A DNA stretch of 64,000 bases from positions 1,201-65,200 of the forward strand of contig CAMDKS010000018.1 in NCBI GenBank assembly GCA_945900755.1, read 5' to 3'. The notes under the pieces were generated by a model. That model saw only the letters and a program-made list of their open reading frames with translations. It did not search any database and was not told the DNA's origin. Numbering within the stretch: the stretch's first letter is position 1; each line of letters opens with the position of its first letter. The translations under genes were made by a program, and so were the position numbers. Origin of the DNA: Bdellovibrio sp. ZAP7 (lineage in GTDB: Bacteria; Bdellovibrionota_B; Oligoflexia; Oligoflexales; RGVZ01). Below are positions 26,550 to 33,794 of the stretch, in pieces.

Positions 26550-27560
26550 TTACTTGACCGACTGCTGGGCAAAGAATATACAGAGCCACCCCCGCGCCGC
26601 CGAGTGGAGAAAGGAGGCATCGTTGACGGCCAAATTCAACAGAACTTAATCACTTTAACTTTCAAAGGAAGAATGAAAATGAATGCAAATAATGAATCAC
26701 AAAATGAGGCGCGCATGAAAATTGGGCCAATTTTCTTTAGCTTTAATGAAGTGTTGACTCGAATAGTCAACGAGGTGCGCAATTCGAACCGAATACAGTC
26801 CCTATACAAAGTGTTGTCTCAATCAGTAGAAAATCAATGCTTCGAAGAGATAGAAGGGGCATTGACTGGCGACAAGCGGCCACGTATTTGTTCGGCATCG
26901 GAGGCCGAGTGGGGACTTGTTTATATCACCGACGGGCCGCTTAAAGGTCGCATGGCGTATTATGACGATGATGACAAAAAGAACGCTATTGTTACTCTTC
27001 GAGATCCAACTTTGTCACAAGATTACCGCACAGTCGCGCAAAAACTTTTAGTGGGACTCCCGAATTATCAAAACGACTGGTCAATTTGTATGAACGGGAT
27101 ATGCAGTTGTGTCGAGCCACTTGCTCCCCCGTTTGATATTGATCCTTCTCAGTTTAAAATTTCGACTGAAGGCGCGCCACTCGAGCGAGTTGGGATTCTT
27201 ATCAACGCCGTCGAAAAATCTATTGCGAACGAAATAGCAAAGACTGGTGCCAAGAAAAAAAGTAAAGTGCTTTTCAGTCCGGCTGTCAGAGAGCTCATAG
27301 AAGACGATGTTAAGAGGGCGATTGCTGATTTGCCGCGCATTAGACTTCCAAGAAAAGGTGAGATTGCGATTGTTACAACTGGAAAATTTGTTGGGACGGT
27401 TGGCGTCGTCGAGCCGACATCACAAGAGACGCTAGATAAGGTGGTCATATGCATGAAGCCCAGAACTAAAACTAAGATTACGGTAGATCAGTTCGATGTA
27501 AAGTTATTTCCGATGTCTCGAGTAGACTTTGACGAAATGTCGTCCCATCTTGTCATTTGA
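26526..27560 (+). CDS. Hypothetical protein with two KOW/SH3-like motifs
   Basis: GLVYITDGPLKGRMAYY and GEIAIVTTGKFVGTVGVVE fit the KOW pattern G.V.I..G...G..G.V. The annotated ATG lies inside the palindrome. The ATG at 26679, with AAGGAAG 8 nt upstream, is a likelier start. Confidence 0.55.
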   Translation: MSTKIVLILLDRLLGKEYTEPPPRRRVEKGGIVDGQIQQNLITLTFKGRMKMNANNESQNEARMKIGPIFFSFNEVLTRIVNEVRNSNRIQSLYKVLSQSVENQCFEEIEGALTGDKRPRICSASEAEWGLVYITDGPLKGRMAYYDDDDKKNAIVTLRDPTLSQDYRTVAQKLLVGLPNYQNDWSICMNGICSCVEPLAPPFDIDPSQFKISTEGAPLERVGILINAVEKSIANEIAKTGAKKKSKVLFSPAVRELIEDDVKRAIADLPRIRLPRKGEIAIVTTGKFVGTVGVVEPTSQETLDKVVICMKPRTKTKITVDQFDVKLFPMSRVDFDEMSSHLVI

Positions 27561-27610
27561 GAATGGTCTAAAAGACCATCCAATCCAGCCCAGATCAGTT
27601 TAGAAAACTC

Positions 27611-27645
27611 AAGTAGGCTCGTTTAACATCTAAACGAGCCTACTT
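27611..27645. terminator. Bidirectional hairpin between convergent genes
   Basis: AAGTAGGCTCGTTTA-ACATC-TAAACGAGCCTACTT has a perfect 15-bp stem. It lies between the stops at 27560 (+) and 27654 (-). Confidence 0.65.
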
Positions 27646-27653
27646 CAATCTCC

Positions 27654-29702
27654 CTACTTGACTCCTTTAGCCACGACTTGAAGCTTTTCACCGCTAGAGC
27701 TAGCTACAGACTTGCTATTTTTTCGCTTAAAATCGTTTGAATTAGATTCGTAATATGGCGCCCAGTAGTTATCAAAATGATCTTTTGCCTCCAAATGTGC
27801 GTAGGCCTTCATAACAGTAGTAATAGTATCGTGGAGAACGGCTGCGGCTATTTGGAACCCATTGGGATTGTTTTTAATCCAATCTGTTGCAATAATGTGT
27901 CTAAATCCATGAGGTCCGAAACCATTAGTATAATCATACAGATACTTTCTAGTGAGCTCGGTTACCGAGCCTGAGATTGATAACACTCCCGCAGACGGCC
28001 CGACAAATAATCGAGTAGAATTTTTAGCCCCACCGAGGTACTTGCGGTGATCGAGGTAATTGGTAATTATTCGCTCATCGGGGATCGCAACTATCACGTC
28101 ATACGGTTTGTGCTGTGCTCCTTTGGTGTTTTTGAAATCATCCGCTTCAAAGCGAACCCGCCACTGATCTCCAATTTTGTAAAGGTTTGGCTTAGCACCC
28201 AGACATGTCATGATTTCGTAGTTTTTTTTACGCAGTGGGTTGCACGAGAGCATGTAAATCAGTAGCCTGTCTCTGTATAGAATGGCCTGCTCACGCTTGG
28301 TAAGAGACTTCGACTGTTTATGTTCCATCATCGCATCATAATTTTGCTGAAATATGAATATCGCTTGCAATGGATGCTGCATTATCAAAACGTTGTCAAT
28401 TGGCTCTAGGGTTCTAGATTTTTTGCACCTCTCAGCAGCCTTTTTATACTTACGGCACATTTGGTTTGTTTTAGCGCACCGCTCGAACCATCCTGTCGCC
28501 GCTTCTCCGTTTGCATAGGGAGTCGACTTAAACTCCGCTTCATGCTGAGTCAAATAGCCCGTATGTTCGCGCGTTAACGATGCCGCGAAAACAGGTAAAA
28601 CTTTATCTCCTGTGGAGTTGAAACCTCGGCGTTTTTGCTTCCATTCAACGTAGCCTTTGATGAGGTCTGCTCGCACCAAAAGTCCCAATGAAATGTCGGC
28701 TTCCGTGAAATCCTTTTTATGACAACTGAGTAGGTAGCCAAAAAAACCAGAAATAGTACTCACGTTCATCTGTTCACTTGCTCCGCGTTCCTCCCCGCGT
28801 CGTTTTGACCATTGGCCTCGATCAGACCTTAAAAGGTCGTCCAACACAGGCGAAGTTTTGTACTCCACATATGCCAGCCATTCAGCCTTCAAGCGATCGG
28901 ACCATTTATCGGACGGGAACACTTCAGAACTGTCAATCATTGCTTTCGACACATGACCAAAAACGGTTTTTTGAGTGGGCCGAGCCCTTCGGCCAAGAAG
29001 CATTCTAGTTCGCTCCAGACGTCCTGACAAAGTCCCGATTGGCACTTCGAACAGCTCCTCAAGCACTTCAAAATCAACCTCGCTTGATAGTGTCGGCAGC
29101 CTGCCCTTCGCCCACTCTGGAAAAGTTACGCTCGGGTGCCTGACTCCGGCGCCTACACAAGCTGACGTAAATTGAACCTTGTCGGCGGATCGAGTCCTTC
29201 CTAGGCGGGTCATCTTTATGGCGTAAATTTGCGCGAATGCCTCTGAAAAATCGGCAGGAAGGGTAGAAATATTCAAGACACTTGACTCCGTCAGAGATGT
29301 TGCACCCGTCATAGCCAACCACAACTTTGCCAATTTTCTTAACTGCGAGGCCGCGTTAGCGATTGTGCTATTGCTTGCTGGACTTGGAATTGCTTTGTAA
29401 TACGCCACAAAAGCCTTGATATCATTTATCACTGCTGCCGCTGCAAAATCATCACCGACTGGTGAATCCATCGTTTTTGGAGCACCAGCGCCTTTATAAA
29501 AGAACCACATTTTTAAGGCACCTCGGCCAGGCGTGTTTTGACGTGGGTCGGAGGTGACATATGCACTTAACAGCTCCCCATAGGTCGGCGGAATCAATTT
29601 AGCTGACAAGTCTCTGGCCGTGTTTTCGGCATTAAAATTCGTAATGAGCCTAGTGGCCTTTTGGGAACGAGTGCCGAGGTGGACCTTTTTGAATTTAAGC
29701 AT
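27654..29702 (-). CDS. Large (682 aa) tyrosine recombinase with an N-terminal extension of about 450 aa of unknown function
   Basis: The C-terminal catalytic set is NPLRKKNY (R), GPHGFRHIIATDW (HxxR) and LHDTITTVMKAYAHL (H, Y). There is an 8-nt overlap with the upstream wHTH gene. Confidence 0.8.
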   Translation of the reverse strand: MLKFKKVHLGTRSQKATRLITNFNAENTARDLSAKLIPPTYGELLSAYVTSDPRQNTPGRGALKMWFFYKGAGAPKTMDSPVGDDFAAAAVINDIKAFVAYYKAIPSPASNSTIANAASQLRKLAKLWLAMTGATSLTESSVLNISTLPADFSEAFAQIYAIKMTRLGRTRSADKVQFTSACVGAGVRHPSVTFPEWAKGRLPTLSSEVDFEVLEELFEVPIGTLSGRLERTRMLLGRRARPTQKTVFGHVSKAMIDSSEVFPSDKWSDRLKAEWLAYVEYKTSPVLDDLLRSDRGQWSKRRGEERGASEQMNVSTISGFFGYLLSCHKKDFTEADISLGLLVRADLIKGYVEWKQKRRGFNSTGDKVLPVFAASLTREHTGYLTQHEAEFKSTPYANGEAATGWFERCAKTNQMCRKYKKAAERCKKSRTLEPIDNVLIMQHPLQAIFIFQQNYDAMMEHKQSKSLTKREQAILYRDRLLIYMLSCNPLRKKNYEIMTCLGAKPNLYKIGDQWRVRFEADDFKNTKGAQHKPYDVIVAIPDERIITNYLDHRKYLGGAKNSTRLFVGPSAGVLSISGSVTELTRKYLYDYTNGFGPHGFRHIIATDWIKNNPNGFQIAAAVLHDTITTVMKAYAHLEAKDHFDNYWAPYYESNSNDFKRKNSKSVASSSGEKLQVVAKGVK

Positions 29703-30102
29703 GACTCGTCCTCCCTCTGCGGCGCAGGCACTCCAGACCGATCGGGGTAATCACTAGTTCACCCTCCTCAGTGCGTGAGACAAGACGTTTTCGGATGAGT
29801 GCCGCGATAGCGCTATGAGTCGCAGTTAGTGAGCGCCCAAGGACTGTCGCTATGGACCTCAGGGCAGGCGGGCATCCATTTTTGATGGTCAGGTTCCTTA
29901 ATGCGACTAGTGCAACCCGCTGAGCAGACGTCGGCGCCCGCAGGATTGGCGCTGATGGTTTTCGCCTGCGTAGGACAGCTCGGACGGCCTCGTGCGGCAA
30001 ATTTAGTTGGATTGCGAGAAGCCTGCTGGTCGGTACAAATCGAGACCGCTGAATTGCCTCTTCAATAAGCATCTTTGTTTTTTGTTCTATAGTTTGGGTC
30101 AT
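29695..30102 (-). CDS. LexA-N-terminal-like winged-HTH DNA-binding protein
   Basis: TSAQRVALVALRNLTIKNGCPPALRSIATVLGRSLTATHSAIAALIRKRLVSR...ITPIG resembles the LexA DNA-binding domain. The ATG at 30102 with GAGGA upstream is preferred over the track start at 30135. Confidence 0.65.
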   Translation of the reverse strand: MTQTIEQKTKMLIEEAIQRSRFVPTSRLLAIQLNLPHEAVRAVLRRRKPSAPILRAPTSAQRVALVALRNLTIKNGCPPALRSIATVLGRSLTATHSAIAALIRKRLVSRTEEGELVITPIGLECLRRRGRTSHA

Positions 30103-30135
30103 AAATTCCTCGTAAAAGTAATGGGTTATTAGCAT

Positions 30136-30362
30136 GAAAAGTAAATGATTGAAAGTACATAATAAAAACAGTATGTTAAATTAATTAATTTTAGTTTAAT
30201 GTTGGTCTTTTTAACGGTAGTTACATATATAATCTTTATTTTTACTTTTTATCAAAATATTAGTATTTTTTTAATCAATAAAATCAATAGATTACATATA
30301 GATTGAAAATTCGTTAGAAACTTTTGTAAATATTTAAAATACTTAAAAAGTAAAGGTATTTT
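30136..30362. other. Extremely AT-rich tract of about 230 bp (promoter, curved DNA or origin-like)
   Basis: Nearly all A/T by eye, against mid-GC surroundings. Short repeats are AATCAATA x2 and TTACATATA x2. It lies immediately upstream of the wHTH-recombinase operon. Confidence 0.5.
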
Positions 30363-30562
30363 CTGGGCCCCCAACGGCCGTAAAAGGCCAATATGCGATT
30401 TTTAAAAACGGCACTGCTCGTCGCTCCGGCACACTGGTTCGCCGCCCCGAGGCTGCGATGACCCCTATGTCCGGACCCTGTTATTGCTTCGCCCACAATG
30501 GCGAAATTCAAATATGCAGGCACTCCGCCCGGCCTGACGGCATTATGTGAATTACAGTCCAT
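30314..30562 (-). CDS. Small hypothetical protein (82 aa), doubtful
   Basis: A strong GAAGGAG lies 7 nt before the ATG at 30562. There is no recognisable family, and the C-terminus runs into the AT-rich tract. Confidence 0.3.
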   Translation of the reverse strand: MDCNSHNAVRPGGVPAYLNFAIVGEAITGSGHRGHRSLGAANQCAGATSSAVFKNRILAFYGRWGPRKYLYFLSILNIYKSF

Positions 30563-30612
30563 GTTTGACTCCTTCATGCGGCCACTTCGTGCCGCTTTAG
30601 TTAAATATCGGA

Positions 30613-30951
30613 CTAAATAACGACCAAAAGTCCAAGAACATAAAAAAAGAAAGGGGGATTTTGGAGACCCAAAACAGGCCGGTGGCCCCCAAGAAATAGG
30701 GTATCGTCTATGTGGGCATTGCGACTGGCTGCCATTTCCTGGGCCATCTTGGCCACAAGGACTCGACCGTTGATGCGAACAACGAAGTTTGCCAATATCG
30801 GACGATCATTTTGATAAAGATGGTATTTTTTGGCGAGGTAACGTTCGCCCCGTCGGACACCGGACGAGTCACGAAAGGTCCACCTGACAACGGGCAGACC
30901 TTTATCACGGGAAATAAACCAAAGTCCTGAATTCTGGGATGCGTGGAACAT
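30613..30951 (-). pseudogene. Truncated integrase (N-terminal fragment of about 85 aa), paralog of 32209-33456
   Basis: SQNSGLWFISRDKGLPVVRWTFRDSSGVRRGERYLAKKYHLYQNDRP compares with SQKSGLWFISRDKSLPVVRRTFRDSSGVRRGERYPVKKYRHYQNDRP in the intact gene. Similarity stops after AHID. The DNA at 30799-31054 is colinear with 33304-33559. Confidence 0.8.
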
Positions 30952-31241
30952 AAAAAAGTCTCCAAATGTTTGGGCGATTATTCGCCTTACATTGGAAACA
31001 TCGTCGGATTTACCCCTAGGACCGCTTTCATCTCTGAATATTTCAGAAATGTAATCTTTGGGACGTCCAAAACAGTAAACAATTAGTTCGGGTTTTGTGG
31101 TCTAGCATGTGGCCAAGCCGCGATTGGGATAGACTCATTCGCCATTTAACGACCTAGTTGAAATCCACTTCCTTAGTCAATTCGAAGTGTCACGTGGTAG
31201 AATGGTCGCTAACAACATCACATTTAATAGGAGTCTATATT

Positions 31242-32159
31242 ATGTCGCTACCGGCATTCCAAAAATTTTTACGGCCAGTTCTTGAGGTCATTGCGGAGCA
31301 TAGTCCGATGGATTCCGCGCGACAAAAGATACCAGTAATTATCGCCTCCAAGATGCGATTCAGTGATGAGGAAAAGGCGGAAATTCTTCCTAGTGGTGGG
31401 TCCAGGCTGCGGAGTCGATGTGGTTGGGCATTGACGTACCTCACAAAAGCCGGCCTGTTAGAGTATCAAAGTCGAGGTAGAGTTGCTATCACATCAAAGG
31501 GTGGCGAATATCTTAAAGACAATCAGGGCGACATCACGGTCGCAGATCTTAATAAATTCGAAACCTTCAGGGATTTTAGTCAAGTTGAATCTGGAGGATC
31601 CCCGAATGTGGAAAACGCCAATGCAGCTGAAATAGCCACAACGCAACATGATCCCGAAACACGCGTTGAGCTTGCGATGAAGGAAATAAAGGCCCGTACT
31701 GTCACTGAACTTTTGGAACTGCTTAGTCAAGTTGATCCAAGGTTCTTTGAACGCGTGATTCTTGATCTCATGATCGCCATGGGTTACGGAAGCAATACAG
31801 GAGGCATGGAGCATACTGGCCGTTCTGGTGATTTCGGCATCGACGGTATTATCCACATGGACAAGTTGCGACTTGACAAGATCTATCTTCAAGCTAAACG
31901 TTGGCAAGGTCCCATTGGCCGTCCCGACGTTCAAGGCTTTTATGGCGCCCTTGCGGGGAAGCGCGCTATGAAGGGAGTCATCATGACCACATCGTATTTC
32001 ACCCAAGAAGCCAAAGACTTTGCAGATACTGTTTCAAATTCTCTGATTTTGGTGGATGGCAAAGCACTGGCAGGACTGATGATTGACCATTCTGTGGGGG
32101 TGTCTAAAAGAAAAATATTTGCCCTGGCTGAAATTGATCATGACTATTTTGACGAATAA
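31242..32159 (+). CDS. mrr: Mrr-family type IV (modification-dependent) restriction endonuclease
   Basis: The Mrr N-terminal wHTH pattern is LPAFQKFLRPVLEVIAEH...RSRCGWALTYLTKAGLLE. The catalytic part is FERVILDLMIAMGYG...GDFGIDGII...IYLQAKRW. An AGGAG RBS precedes the ATG at 31242. Confidence 0.85.
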   Translation: MSLPAFQKFLRPVLEVIAEHSPMDSARQKIPVIIASKMRFSDEEKAEILPSGGSRLRSRCGWALTYLTKAGLLEYQSRGRVAITSKGGEYLKDNQGDITVADLNKFETFRDFSQVESGGSPNVENANAAEIATTQHDPETRVELAMKEIKARTVTELLELLSQVDPRFFERVILDLMIAMGYGSNTGGMEHTGRSGDFGIDGIIHMDKLRLDKIYLQAKRWQGPIGRPDVQGFYGALAGKRAMKGVIMTTSYFTQEAKDFADTVSNSLILVDGKALAGLMIDHSVGVSKRKIFALAEIDHDYFDE

Positions 32160-32208
32160 TCGCGGCGAGAGAAAATCGCATCTCTCCTGTCAATCCTGCC
32201 CACCAAAA

Positions 32209-33456
32209 TCACTTTTTCTTGGGCTTAAACTTCACAGATCCGAGTCCCCTCGCATCCTTAATATAATGCTTAAAAGTTGTGGCACTGGTCGCATGGCCGG
32301 CCGCCTGCCTGACGTCCTCCAACGGATACGTCTTCAGCATCTCTGTAATAAAAGTGCACCGCAAATCCTTGAGTGTGTAGTGCCCACCATTTAGCTCCTG
32401 CTCAAAAAGCGATGCCGTCAACGTCGTAAATTTATCGGTCAACGTATCTGGGTGCATTAACCAAGTCGGAATGGTCTGAATCAGGTCGTAAAGTTCTTCT
32501 GGGGTAAGCACCCAGTTCGGCACTTTTCTCGCATCCCGATCCTTAACGGGGCCGTATTGGTTGGCCCGGCCATTGACGCCGTAGGTGACTAGCTGTTGTT
32601 GTACAGAGACGTGGTCGGTAAAAATAAAGTCGGGGGTTAGGCCCAGCGTTTCATTGCGCCGAAGTCCCATTGCATATGTCAGGGCAATGAGCGGCCACCA
32701 AGGATAGATATAATTAGGAGTCTCTGCTTGGCCGGGACCAACTCTTTTCAGCTCGTTCATTAGAATGGTCATGTGCTGAGGCAGAATATACTTCTCGTTG
32801 TCATTACCGAGTAGTGCTCTCTTAGCTTCGTGATGCTTAAGTACGGGATCGTTTTTACGAAATGGTAGAATTCGAATCGGAGGCACTTCCTCTGGCCGCA
32901 TTTCATGGAGAAACAAAAGAAATTCGTTCATCTCGTAGACAATTTGTAGAAGAACCTTCTTAGCGACCAGGCGCCCCTCCCTAAACAGCCGCAGATTTTC
33001 GGAAAGATGGATATCAGCCGGGTCGTTGAGGAGGGCTCTTTTCCATACGTCTTTTTGTCTTTGCCATTCCAGGACGTCTGGCTTTCCGAGCTTTACAATA
33101 AAGAATGATAGGCCATATGATTTAAGATAATGAAACGCCGTCTGACGCTCTTTGGCGCCGGGCAAACGCAGGCAGATCCTATCTCGGAAGTATAGATCTA
33201 GAAGATCCTCGTCGATATGAGCCTGGCGGTAAGCTGCCTTTTCCTGAGCCTGCTCCGCTTCGAGGTCTCGGCCATTTAGACGGGCTACGAATTTTTCAAG
33301 TTCGGGACGATCATTTTGATAATGACGGTATTTTTTGACTGGATAGCGTTCGCCCCGTCGGACACCGGACGAGTCACGAAAGGTCCGCCTAACAACCGGC
33401 AGGCTTTTATCACGGGAAATAAACCAAAGTCCTGATTTCTGGGATGCGGGGCACAT
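32209..33456 (-). CDS. Tyrosine integrase of island B
   Basis: GLRRNETLGL (R), LKDLRCTFITEML (xxR) and AAGHATSATTFKHYI (H, Y). It is adjacent to the intact tRNA. GGAG lies 8 nt before the ATG. Confidence 0.85.
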   Translation of the reverse strand: MCPASQKSGLWFISRDKSLPVVRRTFRDSSGVRRGERYPVKKYRHYQNDRPELEKFVARLNGRDLEAEQAQEKAAYRQAHIDEDLLDLYFRDRICLRLPGAKERQTAFHYLKSYGLSFFIVKLGKPDVLEWQRQKDVWKRALLNDPADIHLSENLRLFREGRLVAKKVLLQIVYEMNEFLLFLHEMRPEEVPPIRILPFRKNDPVLKHHEAKRALLGNDNEKYILPQHMTILMNELKRVGPGQAETPNYIYPWWPLIALTYAMGLRRNETLGLTPDFIFTDHVSVQQQLVTYGVNGRANQYGPVKDRDARKVPNWVLTPEELYDLIQTIPTWLMHPDTLTDKFTTLTASLFEQELNGGHYTLKDLRCTFITEMLKTYPLEDVRQAAGHATSATTFKHYIKDARGLGSVKFKPKKK

Positions 33457-33628
33457 AAAAAAGTCTCCAAATGTTGGGGCGATTATTCGCCTTACATTGG
33501 AAACATCGTCAGTTTTACCCTTGGGACCGCGTTCATCTCTGAATATTTCAGAAATGTAACAAAAAAGTATCTACCCCTAACCAAAAGTTGCGGTAGCCTG
33601 CTACCGCAAAAGTGTCGCTTCTGCTACC

Positions 33629-33658
33629 AAAAAAGGGTTAGACTTTTGGTCTAACCCC
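33629..33658 (-). terminator. Island-borne rho-independent terminator directly after the reconstituted tRNA
   Basis: On the minus strand, GGGTTAGAC-CAAAA-GTCTAACCC is followed by TTTTTT, 10 nt after the tRNA CCA end. A second 9-bp-stem hairpin (TTGCGGTAG/CTACCGCAA) is at 33588-33609. Confidence 0.7.
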
Positions 33659-33668
33659 TTGAATTTAT

Positions 33669-33744
33669 TGGTAGCGGGGGTAGGACTTGAACCTACGGTC
33701 TTCGGGTTATGAGCCCGACGAGATGCCAACTTCTCCACCCCGCG
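33669..33744 (-). tRNA. Initiator tRNA-fMet (anticodon CAT), CCA encoded
   Basis: The reverse complement is CGCGGGGTGGAGAAGTTGGCATCTCGTCGGGCTCATAACCCGAAGACCGTAGGTTCAAGTCCTACCCCCGCTACCA. It has a 5' C opposite A, a GGG/CCC anticodon stem and a CAT anticodon, as in the E. coli initiator tRNA. Confidence 0.92.
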
Positions 33745-33794
33745 ACAGGGAGCCTTCTTTGTAGACGCGAAGGGGAGAAGTGTCAACGCTTTAT

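Larger units (their letters stand above)
10287..33668. mobile_element. Integrative island B (defence-type cargo island, probably composite)
   Basis: Bounded by the intact tRNA (33669-33744) and its 53-nt repeat (10234-10286). An integrase sits at the tRNA-proximal end. It also holds an integrase pseudogene, a second recombinase and a TerS-like remnant. Confidence 0.8.

Noticed and set aside
31195-31200. TGGTAG upstream of mrr as a fourth att or tRNA fragment
   Set aside because: Only 6 nt match the tRNA 3' end and the following bases diverge, so this is compatible with chance.
33730-33782. An imperfect inverted repeat pairing the tRNA 5' end (CTTCTCCACCCCGCG) with CGCGAAGGGGAGAAG just upstream, between the aconitase stop and the tRNA
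   Set aside because: It could be the aconitase terminator or a processing structure. However, the stem has internal mismatches, and its overlap with the acceptor and D arms may be coincidental.
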